Shown: piece after piece, positions 45,130 to 55,404 of the stretch
Numbering within the stretch: the first letter of the stretch is position 1
Layout of the letters: each line of letters starts with the position of its first letter
Assembly: GCA_025963875.1 (NCBI GenBank)
Contig: JAOPZY010000231.1
Span: 1 to 57,930 of the forward strand
Length of the DNA: 57,930 nucleotides
Source: Actinomycetota bacterium
Lineage (GTDB): Bacteria > Actinomycetota > CADDZG01 > JAHWKV01 > JAOPZY01
Direction of reading: 5' to 3'
Position numbers and translations under genes: made by a program
The notes under the pieces: model-generated
Database searches by the model: none
Told to the model about the DNA's origin: nothing
Seen by the model: only the letters and a program-made list of their open reading frames with translations

Positions 45130-46941
45130 GTGGCGCAGGCGGGTACAGCGGAGGGCGTTCAGGGGCGGGGACTTGCCGGCCACCCTCGCGCTGCGCAGGC
45201 GGCGCTCCTTGTCGCCGGGTTGGGCCTGGGCCTGGCCCTCGAGCTCGGATCGTGGTCCTCCTATCCCGCCACGTGGAGAGGAGTCGTCGATCTCGCGGTG
45301 GGATGGGCGTTCCTGCTCACCGGGTTCCTTGCGTCCTGGCGGCGTCCTGCGAACCGAACGGGGTGGCTCCTCACGGCAACCGGCCTGAGCTGGTATGCGG
45401 GCAACCTGCGATTCCTCGGCAACCCCGTCGCCTTCGCCCTGGGCGCCTGGCTTTCGGAGCTACCCGTCGCCGTCCTGGCGCAGCTCGTGTTCGCCTTCCC
45501 CACGGGTCGCCTGGAGTCACGTGCCGAACGGATCATCGTCGGCTCGATCTACGGCGCCATCCTCGGTTTGTCGGGCCTGCGGACCCTGGCCCTGGACCCG
45601 ACGGGCCAGGCGCGGTGCGGTGTGACGGGGGGCACCCGTGCGCGATGCACCGCCAATGCGGCCTTGATCTTCCACAGCCCGGCGGCGCACACGATCCTGA
45701 GCACGCTGCACGATGCGGTGCTCGCGGCCCTCAGCATCGTCGTCCTGGGGATGCTCGTCCGCCGTTTGGCGAAGGCGACGCCGCCGGCTCGCCGGACGTT
45801 GGCCCCCGTGCTGACGGTCGGTGCGGGGGTTGTCTGCCTGTTCGTTGGCGTGGACGTTGCCGGCGCTTCCCGGGCTGCCCCGGCCGTTCAGCACGCGCTG
45901 TACGGAGCTGCGCAGGTCGGCATCCTTGCACTGTCGTTCGCCTTCCTTGCCGGGCTCCTGCAAAGTCGCCTGGCGCAGATGGCGGTGAGCCGTCTTCTCC
46001 TCGAACTGGGGGAGACACCCCCACCGGGCAAGCTGCAGGGGGCCCTCGCCGTGGCACTCGGCGATCCGAGCGTCCAGCTGGCCTACTGGTGGCCGGATCG
46101 ACAGGCGTTTGTCGACCTGGAGGGCAGGAGGGTCCTGCTCTCCGGCCTCCCGGCTCCGCTCACGTTGACGGTCCTCAAGCGTGGAGAGGAACCTATCGGC
46201 GCGCTGGTGCACGACCGCCACCTCGACCAGGAGCCCGAGCTCATCGAGGCGGTCGGAGCCGCCGCCTCCCTCGCGCTCGACAACGAGCGGCTCCACGCCC
46301 AGCTGCGGGCGAAGCTGGAGGAGGTCGAGGCCTCGCGTACCCGGATCGTCGAGGCCACCGACGCCGAGCGCCGGCGAATCGAGAGAGACCTGCACGACGG
46401 CGCGCAGCAGCGCCTCGTGACCATGGCCCTCGAGCTGGGTGCCGTGCGAGCCCGGGCAACCCGCTCGGCCAATCCTGCGGTTGCCTCGGCGCTCGAGGGG
46501 CTGGGCGACCAGCTGTCGCTGGCGCTCAGGGACCTCAGGGATCTGGCTCGAGGCATCCACCCCGCCGTCCTGACCGAAGGGGGCCTCCGCCCTGCCCTGC
46601 TCTCCCTTGCGGAGCGGTCACCCGTCCCAACCCACGTTGCCGGAGCGCTGAGCGAACGATTGCCCGCGACGGTCGAGGCTACCGCGTATTTCATCGTCTC
46701 CGAGGCGCTCGCCAATGCAGCCAAGCATGCTCGGGCATCTTCGGTGACCATCACAGTTGCCCGTTGCAACGAACACCTGGAGGTCAGCGTCCTTGATGAC
46801 GGCGTGGGCGGAGCGGACCCGTCGCGGGGGTCGGGACTGTGTGGCCTGGCCGACAGAGCCGCCGCCGTGGGCGGAGCGCTGAGCGTGGCGAGCCCCCCGG
46901 GCGGTGGCACGCAGGTGACGGCGAGGATTCCGTGCGACTGA
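45130..46941 (+). CDS. Membrane sensor histidine kinase (HisKA_3)
   Basis: About seven transmembrane segments, ERRRIERDLHDGAQQRL, EALANAAKHA, DDGVGG, GSGL.GL. Start is approximate. Confidence 0.9.
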   Translation: MAQAGTAEGVQGRGLAGHPRAAQAALLVAGLGLGLALELGSWSSYPATWRGVVDLAVGWAFLLTGFLASWRRPANRTGWLLTATGLSWYAGNLRFLGNPVAFALGAWLSELPVAVLAQLVFAFPTGRLESRAERIIVGSIYGAILGLSGLRTLALDPTGQARCGVTGGTRARCTANAALIFHSPAAHTILSTLHDAVLAALSIVVLGMLVRRLAKATPPARRTLAPVLTVGAGVVCLFVGVDVAGASRAAPAVQHALYGAAQVGILALSFAFLAGLLQSRLAQMAVSRLLLELGETPPPGKLQGALAVALGDPSVQLAYWWPDRQAFVDLEGRRVLLSGLPAPLTLTVLKRGEEPIGALVHDRHLDQEPELIEAVGAAASLALDNERLHAQLRAKLEEVEASRTRIVEATDAERRRIERDLHDGAQQRLVTMALELGAVRARATRSANPAVASALEGLGDQLSLALRDLRDLARGIHPAVLTEGGLRPALLSLAERSPVPTHVAGALSERLPATVEATAYFIVSEALANAAKHARASSVTITVARCNEHLEVSVLDDGVGGADPSRGSGLCGLADRAAAVGGALSVASPPGGGTQVTARIPCD

Positions 46942-47576
46942 TCCTTGCCGACGACTCGGTGCTCTTCCGCGAGGGGTTGGCCCGGGTGCTCGCCGAGGTC
47001 GGGTTCGAGATCGTCGCCCAGGCAGGCGACGGCCAGGCGTTGCTCCGGGAACTCGGTGCCCATCCCGCAGAACTGGCCATCGTCGATATCCGCATGCCCC
47101 CCACCCATACCGTCGAAGGACTGGTGGCCGCACGGCAGATCCGGGAGGAACACCGCGATGTCAACATCCTCGTCCTCTCCCAGTACGTCGAGACCGAGCA
47201 TGCCCTCGCCCTGCTGGAGCTCGGAACCGACGGTATCGGCTACCTGCTCAAGGACCGCGTCTCCGATCTTGCGGCGTTCGCCGACGTGGTCCGCCGCGTG
47301 GGCGACGGTGGATCGGCAATCGACCCGTCCGTCGTGGCGCAGCTGGTCGGCCGGCGAAGGGTGCACGACCCTCTCGGGAGGCTGACGGGCCGGGAACGGG
47401 ACGTCCTCTCACTCATGGCAGAGGGGAGATCCAATCAGGCCATCTCAGAGAAGCTCTACCTCACCGGCAAGACCGTGGAATCCCACGTCCGGAGCATCTT
47501 CATGAAGCTGGACCTGAGTCCGGTCGCTGAGGACCACCGCCGCGTGCTTGCCGTGCTCGCCTACCTCCGCGCCTGA
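46932..47576 (+). CDS. NarL/LuxR response regulator
   Basis: ILADD, VDIRMPP, GYLLK, LTGRERDVL.LMAEGRSN. Confidence 0.92.
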   Translation: MRLILADDSVLFREGLARVLAEVGFEIVAQAGDGQALLRELGAHPAELAIVDIRMPPTHTVEGLVAARQIREEHRDVNILVLSQYVETEHALALLELGTDGIGYLLKDRVSDLAAFADVVRRVGDGGSAIDPSVVAQLVGRRRVHDPLGRLTGRERDVLSLMAEGRSNQAISEKLYLTGKTVESHVRSIFMKLDLSPVAEDHRRVLAVLAYLRA

Positions 47577-47740
47577 CGGGCTCCGGTGGACAAAGTGAGA
47601 TAGCCGAAGATGATACCCTTTAGTCGTCCCGTCAGAGATGACGCAATCTCCGCGGACCCTGCCCCAGACCCTGGCTCTTGTTCACCGTGGTCTCAGGAGG
47701 CAGGCATGTCGGACACCCTGGTCACCGCTAGCTTCCGCGC

Positions 47741-50700
47741 TTGAGCGGGTCCGGGAGGGTGGCCACCCTCAACAGGCCCCTGGCACCCGACTCCCACCAG
47801 CGCAACCGGAGGGCTTGGGCGGACAGAGCCTGGAGCCTCTACGCCGCGGCGGGAGGACTCGCCGCGGTCGGGTATCTGCTCCTCGGTGCCGGGGCCGGCA
47901 AGGGACCCTACTTCAATCTGATCGGCCTCTCCTCGCTCGTGGCGATCCTGACCGGTATCCGCCTGCACCGGCCACGGCGAAGGCTCCCCTGGTACCTGTT
48001 CGCATCGGGGATGGCGATGTTCGTCGTCGGCGACCTCTTCTACTACACGCTGCCGCAGCTGTTGCACCGCAGTGCGCCTCCGTTCCCATCCACGGGAGAT
48101 TTCTTCTACCTGCTGGTCTACCCGTTGCTCATCGCCGGGGTGGTGCTCCTGATCCGTCAGCGCAACCCGGGTACCGACGCCGTCGGCCTGATCGATGCCC
48201 TCATCGTCTCGACGGCGCTCGGTCTGGTGGCCTGGGTGTTCCTGATCCTGCCCTACGCCCGCGACCCCACACTGACGCTTGGACGCAAGCTCATCTCCAT
48301 GGCCTACCCGCTGATGGACGTCCTGCTCCTCGGAGTGGCCGCCAGGCTGGCGCTGGACCGGGGGAATCGCCGGCCCGCATTCAACCTTCTCATCCTGAGC
48401 ATGCTGTGCCTGCTCGCCGCCGACACCGCGTACGGTCTCATCGTCCTGCACGGGACCTACAACACCGGCAGTCCACTCGACGCCCTGTGGATCGCGTTCT
48501 ACGTGGTATGGGGCGCGGCGGCTCTGCACCCCTCGATGACGACGCTGTCGGAACCGGCGGTCAAAGTCGAGAGCACGCTGACCGGTTGGCGGGTCGTCCT
48601 CCTCGTCGGGGCCACCCTCGTTGCACCCCTGATCCAGGTCACCGACAGCTCCCCAGGGTACGCCTCGGGCATCCTGGTGGCCGGCGCCGTGGCCATTGTC
48701 GTCCTGGTGATCGTCCGAACTGCCGGCCTGATCCACCGCTACGAGGAGTCGCTGATCCGCGAAGGGGCGCTCCGGGAGGCGGGGGTCGCGATGGCAGCAG
48801 CGGGCAGCCGGGTGGAGATCCTTGCCGCCGCTCGGGAGGCCGTCCAGACATTGGTGGGAAAGGGGGCCGCGGCGCACCTCTTCCTGGTGGATGCCTCGGG
48901 AGAGATCCTGCCGCTGCCTCATCTGCAGCCGGCCCCGGCGAGCTCGTCGCCGATCTTCGTCGCCGATCTGCCACCGACGACGAAAGCGGCGCTGGCGCTC
49001 AGGGAGTGGAACACCGGCGACGCGGTCAAGGCCTTCAGCACGATGTTCGGGGCCGACTTCGGCGGCGCATCCACGTCGATGTACCCGTTCATCGTCACCA
49101 ACGATCTCCGGGCGGTCGTCCTGGTCAGTGGCGAGCGCCCCTTGCCTGACGGGACCGCCACAAGCGTGAGCGTCCTGGTCTCGCAGGTGGTGCTGGCCCT
49201 CGAGCGCGAGCAGCTCGCCGAGCAGATCCACCGGGAACGAAGCGAGGCGCGCTTCCGGAGCCTGGTCCAGATGGCTACCGACGTCGTGACGGTCGTCGGT
49301 GTCGATGCAACCATCCTCTACCTGAGCCCCTCGGTTGAACGGGTGCTCGGGTACCCTCCCGACGGGCTGATCGGCACGTCCCTGGTCGCCATCGCGCACC
49401 CGGACGACCGTTCCGTCGTGCTCGGCCTGGCTGCACCGACGTATGGGGCCGATCGGAGTGACGCGGTCGAATGGCGCGTGCACCACGCCGATGGTTCCTG
49501 GAAATACTTCGAGACCGTCAAGACGAACCTGCTTGACGACCCCAACGTCGGGGGGCTCGTCCTCAACAGCAGGGATATCAGCGAGCGGAAAAGGGCGGAA
49601 GTGGACCGGGAGCAGCTGCGGGGCAGGCTGCACCAGGCCCAGCGCCTCGAAGCCATCGGCCAGCTGGCCGCCGGCGTGGCACACGACTTCAACAACCTGC
49701 TGGCGGTGATTCTCATCTACGCAAACTTCGTCACGAAGCGCGTCGAGGCGAGGCCGGGGCAGGCCCCGGTTGCCGAGGACCTTGTTCTGGTCGCGGCGGA
49801 CACGGAGAAGATCCGCCTGGCCGCCGAGCGGGCGGCCGCCCTGACGCATCAGCTGCTGATCTTCGGCCGGCGCGGCGACATGGAGCCCAAGGTCCTCGAC
49901 CTGAACGACGTGGTGACGGATCTTCAGGAACTCCTCGGACGAACGATCGGCGAACACATCACGCTCCGCATCCGTCTCGATCCGGCGCTGTCGGCGGTTC
50001 GCATCGACCCGAGCGCGATCTACCAGGTGGTGATGAACCTCGTCATCAACGCCAGGGACGCCATGGCATTGGGGGGCACACTGACGATCGAGACGGTCAA
50101 CGTCGAGTTCGATCGTCCCTTGATGTGGGGATCCGACCTTGGCGTCGGGAACTACGTGCGCCTGAGGGTGACCGACACCGGATGCGGCATGCCGGCGGGG
50201 GTGGCTGCCCGGGCCTTCGACCCGTTCTTTACGACGAAGCCCACGGGTGAAGGCTCCGGCCTGGGTCTGGCGACGGTCTACGGCATCGTGAAGCAGGCGG
50301 AAGGCGATGTCCGCCTCTACTCGGAACCCGACCACGGGACCGTCATCACCGTCTACCTCCCCGCGACCGCGGATTCGATGGCAGTCCCAACCGAGGAACC
50401 TGCCGCAGCTCCTCAGCTTGGAGGCATCCGGACGATCCTCGTGGTCGAAGACGAGGAGGACGTCCGCGAGGGCATCGCCCGGCTGCTCGCCGACCACGCC
50501 TACAACGTCGTGAGTGCCCCGGACGGAGCGGAGGCGCTCCGGATGGTGGCCGAATTCGACGGTGCCATCGACCTGCTGCTCACCGACCTCGTCATGCCGG
50601 GGATGTCGGGCGGGGAGCTTGCCGAAACGCTGCTCCTGGAACGACCGGGTATCGGGGTGTTGTTCATGTCGGGCTATCCCCAGGGCCTGTCGGAGGAGAG

Positions 50701-50806
50701 CTACACGCCGGCAGCGGAGGGCGTTCTCTCCAAACCGTTCACCGAACGGGGGCTGCTGGAGGCCGTCAGGGAGTCAATCGCCTCACCTCAGGGAGGCGGA
50801 CAATGA
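47741..50806 (+). CDS. Hybrid sensor kinase (membrane sensor, PAS, HisKA, HATPase, REC)
   Basis: Multi-TM N-terminus, HPDD, GVAHDFNNLL, NARDAM, PFFTTK..G.GLGL, ILVVEDE..LLLTD.VMP. Confidence 0.92.
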   Translation: MSGSGRVATLNRPLAPDSHQRNRRAWADRAWSLYAAAGGLAAVGYLLLGAGAGKGPYFNLIGLSSLVAILTGIRLHRPRRRLPWYLFASGMAMFVVGDLFYYTLPQLLHRSAPPFPSTGDFFYLLVYPLLIAGVVLLIRQRNPGTDAVGLIDALIVSTALGLVAWVFLILPYARDPTLTLGRKLISMAYPLMDVLLLGVAARLALDRGNRRPAFNLLILSMLCLLAADTAYGLIVLHGTYNTGSPLDALWIAFYVVWGAAALHPSMTTLSEPAVKVESTLTGWRVVLLVGATLVAPLIQVTDSSPGYASGILVAGAVAIVVLVIVRTAGLIHRYEESLIREGALREAGVAMAAAGSRVEILAAAREAVQTLVGKGAAAHLFLVDASGEILPLPHLQPAPASSSPIFVADLPPTTKAALALREWNTGDAVKAFSTMFGADFGGASTSMYPFIVTNDLRAVVLVSGERPLPDGTATSVSVLVSQVVLALEREQLAEQIHRERSEARFRSLVQMATDVVTVVGVDATILYLSPSVERVLGYPPDGLIGTSLVAIAHPDDRSVVLGLAAPTYGADRSDAVEWRVHHADGSWKYFETVKTNLLDDPNVGGLVLNSRDISERKRAEVDREQLRGRLHQAQRLEAIGQLAAGVAHDFNNLLAVILIYANFVTKRVEARPGQAPVAEDLVLVAADTEKIRLAAERAAALTHQLLIFGRRGDMEPKVLDLNDVVTDLQELLGRTIGEHITLRIRLDPALSAVRIDPSAIYQVVMNLVINARDAMALGGTLTIETVNVEFDRPLMWGSDLGVGNYVRLRVTDTGCGMPAGVAARAFDPFFTTKPTGEGSGLGLATVYGIVKQAEGDVRLYSEPDHGTVITVYLPATADSMAVPTEEPAAAPQLGGIRTILVVEDEEDVREGIARLLADHAYNVVSAPDGAEALRMVAEFDGAIDLLLTDLVMPGMSGGELAETLLLERPGIGVLFMSGYPQGLSEESYTPAAEGVLSKPFTERGLLEAVRESIASPQGGGQ

Positions 50807-51477
50807 TCCCAACCGTCGACGGCGCCACGCCCGAAGCCGGATCCATCCGGGTGCTGATCGCCGAGGACCAGGCGATGTTCGCCGAGGGCCTCTCCAGGAT
50901 CATCGGCGCCGAGCCGGACCTGCTGACGGTCGACACCGTGAGCTCGGCGTCGGAGGCCGTTCGTGCCGCCCGGACCCACGAACCGCATGTCGTGCTCATG
51001 GACTACCGGCTGCGGGACGGCGATGGCGTCACGGCAACGAAGCAGATCAAAAGCGAACTGCCTGAGATCCAGGTCGTGATGCTGACCGGATTTGCGGAGC
51101 CCTCGGTGCTGATCGCGGCCATGGACGCCGGGTGCTCCGGTTTCCTCACGAAGGACCAGGCCCTGCACGAGGTCGTCTCGACCGTACGGCGGGCCCATGC
51201 CGGAGAGCTGGTGGCGGACCCGTTCGTGCTTGCCAGCCTCCTGCCGCGGGTGAAGCGCAGCTCCGGAGGGCCTGATACGTCGCTGACCACGCGGGAACGG
51301 GAGATATTGATGCTGACGGCTCAGGGCCGGACGAGCCAGGACGTCGCGGAAGAAATGTCGCTCAGCGTGCACACCGTGAGGAACCACCTTCAAGCGGTGA
51401 TGAGGAAACTCGATGCCCATTCGAGGCTGGAGGCGGTAGCCAAAGCCGTCCGACGGGGCCTTATTCATCTCTCCTGA
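50803..51477 (+). CDS. NarL/LuxR response regulator
   Basis: VLIAED, VLMDY, GFLTK, LTTREREIL, TVRNHL. Confidence 0.92.
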   Translation: MIPTVDGATPEAGSIRVLIAEDQAMFAEGLSRIIGAEPDLLTVDTVSSASEAVRAARTHEPHVVLMDYRLRDGDGVTATKQIKSELPEIQVVMLTGFAEPSVLIAAMDAGCSGFLTKDQALHEVVSTVRRAHAGELVADPFVLASLLPRVKRSSGGPDTSLTTREREILMLTAQGRTSQDVAEEMSLSVHTVRNHLQAVMRKLDAHSRLEAVAKAVRRGLIHLS

Positions 51478-51630
51478 GCGCCGCTGAATCGCCCTCGGGC
51501 CCCCCAGCTGACCAAGCAATACCGACTACCGAAGATGGTCCCCATGCAGTATGCGGCCCTCATGGGGAAGGTCGATATCAGAACATGATCGGTCCGACCC
51601 CCGGGCCGCCCCATCACCGGGAGTTCGCCC

Positions 51631-52905
51631 TTGAGCGTCGCGGCTCTGCCTCCCGTTGAGCGGAGGATCAGGCTCTCGGCGCCGCTCCGGCATCCTCGTT
51701 TCCTGCTGCTGATGACCGGCACGACTGTCTCCCTCCTCGGCGACGGCGTCTTCCTGATTGCCCTCACCTGGCAGGTCTACCTCCTGTCGAACGCGCCCAG
51801 CGCCCTCAGTTTCGTTGGGATCGCCATTTCCGGGCCCCAGGTCCTGTTCCTCCTGCTGGGCGGCGCCGTGAGCGACCGCATGGACCGCCGGGGCGTCATG
51901 CTCGCCTCGGATCTGGTACGTGGGACGGTCCTGGTGGCGATCGGCATGCTGACCGTGACCGGCCGGCTCCGCCTCTCCCACCTCTACGTCCTCGGTGGGG
52001 CCTACGGGGCAGCCTCTGCCTTCTTCGGCCCGGCGTACGAGGCCGCGGTCCCCGACCTCGTCCCAGCACAACTGCTGGTCCAGGCGAACTCCCTCGACCA
52101 GCTCGCCCGCCCACTGGCGCTGGCTCTCGCGGGGCCTGCCCTCGGCGGCTGGCTGATCGGCGCCTGGGGGGCGGGCTCGGCCTTCCTGCTGGACGCCGGG
52201 ACCTTCGCCTTCTCGGTGGCGATGCTGGTTGCCATGGGACGGTCGCCCGCCCGGCAGGGGGTGGAGGTGGGCACGTTCCGTCTCGCCGAGATTGCCGATG
52301 GGTTCCGCTTCATCCGCCGCCATGTCTGGCTCTGGGGCACGTTCGCGGCGGCAACCGTCGGCTACCTGCTCTTCATGGGCCCCGCCGAGGTGCTGGTCCC
52401 CTACCTCGTCAAGAACTCGCCGGGAGGCACCGCCGGAGAGCTGGGCCTGGTGTTCGCCGCAGGTGGCGTCGGGGCGCTGGGGGCGGCCCTCGTCGTGGGA
52501 CACCGTGGGATGCCCAGGCGCCACATCACGGTCATGTACCTCTGCTGGGCGATCGCCACCTTCTCGGTGGCCGGCTACGGGCTGGCAACGGCAGGGTGGC
52601 AGCTCATGGCCGTCAGCCTGGCCTTCCACGCCCTGGAGACAGCCGGAACGATCGTGTGGCTCACCGCCAAGCAGCGATTCGTTCCGACCTCGCTCCTCGG
52701 ACGTGTCTCGAGCCTGGACTGGTTCATCTCCATCTCGCTGCTGCCCCTCTCCTTCGGGCTCGCCGGCTGGGCTGCCTCGATCTTCGGGGCCCGGACCACC
52801 CTCGTGGCCGCAGGGCTTCTCGGTGGCTCCGTGACCCTGGCCTTTCTCTTCCTTCCGGGCATGCGCTCGACCCAGCTTCCTGCACGCCGCCTCCAGGCCC
52901 AGTAG
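51631..52905 (+). CDS. MFS transporter (DHA3/macrolide-efflux-like)
   Basis: GGAVSDRMDRR motif, about 12 transmembrane segments, LLGRVSS. Confidence 0.9.
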   Translation: MSVAALPPVERRIRLSAPLRHPRFLLLMTGTTVSLLGDGVFLIALTWQVYLLSNAPSALSFVGIAISGPQVLFLLLGGAVSDRMDRRGVMLASDLVRGTVLVAIGMLTVTGRLRLSHLYVLGGAYGAASAFFGPAYEAAVPDLVPAQLLVQANSLDQLARPLALALAGPALGGWLIGAWGAGSAFLLDAGTFAFSVAMLVAMGRSPARQGVEVGTFRLAEIADGFRFIRRHVWLWGTFAAATVGYLLFMGPAEVLVPYLVKNSPGGTAGELGLVFAAGGVGALGAALVVGHRGMPRRHITVMYLCWAIATFSVAGYGLATAGWQLMAVSLAFHALETAGTIVWLTAKQRFVPTSLLGRVSSLDWFISISLLPLSFGLAGWAASIFGARTTLVAAGLLGGSVTLAFLFLPGMRSTQLPARRLQAQ

Positions 52906-52940
52906 GTCCCCCGTTTCGGGCCCACTCGAAAGGATCCTTC

Positions 52941-54239
52941 ATGCAGTCCGAAGCGCCCAAGGCATCTCGTGGGCGGCACTCGAAATGGCTCGATCAGTGT
53001 CAGGAGGCTTCCTCCGACCTCGCCCGCCTGCGTATCAGCCAACCGATGCTCGACGCCGTCATCGACGAGATCGCCGGCCGCATGATCCGGGTCGGTCACC
53101 AGTGGCTTGCGGACTTCGCCTCGTGCAACTATCTCGGTTTCGACCTGGACCCCGAGATCATCGCCGCCATCCCCGCGTACCTGGCCAAATGGGGCACGCA
53201 CCCGAGTTGGTCCCGGCTTCTCGGCAGCCCCGTTCTCTACGAGCGGATCGAGGAGCAACTGGCGCACCTGCTCGGCGCGCCCGACGTTCTCGCCCTCCCG
53301 ACCATCACCCACATCCACATGTCCGTCATCCCGGTGCTGGCGGGCTCGGGGACCATCCTCGTCGACCGGCGTGCGCACAAGACGATCTACGACGGGTGCA
53401 GCGTTGCGAAGTCCCACGGTGCCACCGTCGTCCGCTATCCCCACGACGACATGGAAGCGCTCGGGGAGCTGCTGGCGGCCGGCCCCGACTACCCGCGCAT
53501 GATCTGCACCGACGGCGTCAACTCCATGACCGGCAATGCTCCTCCCCTCCCGGAGCTCGCCCGCCTGGCTCGCGAGCACGACGCCACGCTGTACGTCGAC
53601 GATGCCCACGGCTTTGGCGTCATCGGAGAGCGTTCGGGGAATGAGACGTCGCCCTATGGCAGCAGGGGCAACAGCATCGTGCGGTTCTGTGGTGAGTCCT
53701 ACGACAACGTGGTCCTGGTCGCGGGGTGTTCCAAGGCGTACTCGTCGCTCCTGGCCTTCATCGCCTGCCCGACGCCGATCAAGAACTTCCTGAAGGTGGC
53801 CGCCCCGCCGTACCTGTACTCGGGACCCGCCCCGGTTGCGTCCCTGGCCACGGTCCTGTCCGGTCTGGAGGTGAACGAGCGGCGCGGGGATGCCATCCGG
53901 GCCGACCTCCACCGCAAGACGCGTCGGGTCCTCGACGCCCTGGACGAGCTCGGCATCGCCACGCCCAACGAATCGGGGTTCCCCATCATCGAGATCGCCC
54001 TGGCCGATCCCCACGATATCGACGACGTCGGGCGGTTCCTGTTCTCCCACGGGATCTACGTGACACTGGCGGCCTACCCCCTCGTCCCTCGCTCGGACGT
54101 CGGCTTCCGGGTCCAGATGACCGCAGCGAACACCGACGCCGAGGTCGACCAACTGGTCGGCGTGCTCGACGAGCTGAAAGCCCGATTCGGCCTCCGGATG
54201 GTCGACGAGCCGAGGGAGGCGATGGCTGGGCGAGGTTAG
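52941..54239 (+). CDS. PLP-dependent alpha-oxoamine synthase family enzyme (BioF/Kbl-like)
   Basis: FASCNYLG, HDDM, DGVNSMTG, VDDAHG.GV.G, SKAY. Confidence 0.85.
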   Translation: MQSEAPKASRGRHSKWLDQCQEASSDLARLRISQPMLDAVIDEIAGRMIRVGHQWLADFASCNYLGFDLDPEIIAAIPAYLAKWGTHPSWSRLLGSPVLYERIEEQLAHLLGAPDVLALPTITHIHMSVIPVLAGSGTILVDRRAHKTIYDGCSVAKSHGATVVRYPHDDMEALGELLAAGPDYPRMICTDGVNSMTGNAPPLPELARLAREHDATLYVDDAHGFGVIGERSGNETSPYGSRGNSIVRFCGESYDNVVLVAGCSKAYSSLLAFIACPTPIKNFLKVAAPPYLYSGPAPVASLATVLSGLEVNERRGDAIRADLHRKTRRVLDALDELGIATPNESGFPIIEIALADPHDIDDVGRFLFSHGIYVTLAAYPLVPRSDVGFRVQMTAANTDAEVDQLVGVLDELKARFGLRMVDEPREAMAGRG

Positions 54240-54372
54240 GTCCAGAACGCGCGCATGTGCGCGATTGCGGACTCACCTCGGTCCCAAGCCGCTGGATTTG
54301 TCGGGCTTCCTCTGAGGTCGTACCCTGATGCCGGGAGGGGGCCACGGCGGCCCACGGGCGGGAGTTTTACGG

Positions 54373-55389
54373 TTGAGAACGATCCTCTGCGACATGCTCG
54401 GCGTGCGTTATCCGATCATCCAGGACGGGATGGGTCCGTTCTCCACGGCGGCACTGGCCGCAGCGGTGTCGGATGCGGGCGGGCTCGGCACCGTCTCGAT
54501 CCCCGGCATGCTCCTCGGCCCCGCCGAGGCCGGGCGGCGGATGCGGGCCGAGATCGACCGGACGGCCTCCGGAACGGACCGTGGCTTCGCGGTCAACGTG
54601 CCGGTGGGCTTCGGCCCCGACGGCGAGCCCTTACCACCGACTGCGGCCTATCTCAGGGCGGTGCTCGACGCGAGACGCGATCCCGCAATCGGGGCCAGAC
54701 TCGTCGCCTGCATCACCTCGGCGGGGCTTCCTCCGCCCCAGCTCGTGTCGAGCATGCACGACGCCGGCCTCCTGCATCTCCACAAGGTGGGAGCGGTGCG
54801 GCATGCGCGCCGGGCGGTGGAGGCGGGCGTGGACGTTGTCATCGCGAGCGGCTTCGAGATGGGCGGCCACACCCATGCCCGGCCGGTGCACACGATGGTG
54901 CTGGCGCCCCAGGTCATCGACGACGTCGAGGTGCCCGTGGTGGTGTCCGGCGGCATCCACGACGGCCGGGGCCTTGCCGCCGCCCTCGCGATGGGTGCGG
55001 CCGGGGTCGGAATGGGGACCCGCTTCATCGCGACCTTGGAGAACGACTGGCATCCTGCCTACAAGAAGGCCATCGTCGACGCCGCCGAGTGGGGGGATGT
55101 CGTCTTCCCAGGTTTCTTCGGCCCGTTACGGGGACTCCGCAACGCAGGATCCGTGCGCCTCGCCGAGCTGATGGCTGCGGGCGAACTCGACGAGGAGGGC
55201 CTCACCGCCTGGAAGGAGGACCGCGTGATGGCCGCCCAGCACGACGGCGACGTGGACGGCGGTCTCGTCCTCGCCGGGCAGTGCGCGGCGGCGATCCACG
55301 ACATCGTCGCCGTCCCGGACCTGGTGGCGGGCATGGTGCGGCAGGCTACCGAGCTCCTCGCAGCGGCGGGGGCCCTGGCCGCCCGCTAA
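54373..55389 (+). CDS. Nitronate monooxygenase/FabK-like flavoprotein
   Basis: YPIIQDGM, LAAAVS.AGGLG, G.EMGGH, SGGI.DGRG..AALAMGA.GV.MGTRF. Confidence 0.9.
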   Translation: MRTILCDMLGVRYPIIQDGMGPFSTAALAAAVSDAGGLGTVSIPGMLLGPAEAGRRMRAEIDRTASGTDRGFAVNVPVGFGPDGEPLPPTAAYLRAVLDARRDPAIGARLVACITSAGLPPPQLVSSMHDAGLLHLHKVGAVRHARRAVEAGVDVVIASGFEMGGHTHARPVHTMVLAPQVIDDVEVPVVVSGGIHDGRGLAAALAMGAAGVGMGTRFIATLENDWHPAYKKAIVDAAEWGDVVFPGFFGPLRGLRNAGSVRLAELMAAGELDEEGLTAWKEDRVMAAQHDGDVDGGLVLAGQCAAAIHDIVAVPDLVAGMVRQATELLAAAGALAAR

Positions 55390-55404
55390 CGCCGTCCGAG
55401 TGCT

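Noticed and set aside
47693..50497. Long antisense or alternate-frame ORFs (e.g. 934 aa here, 8104-10026, 17884-20235, 38784-41060)
   Set aside because: These are shadow ORFs expected in very GC-rich DNA. They overlap genes with clear motifs and have no recognisable motifs themselves.
52941..54239. Gene symbol bioF
   Set aside because: The motifs are atypical and no other biotin genes are nearby, so only a family-level call is supported.
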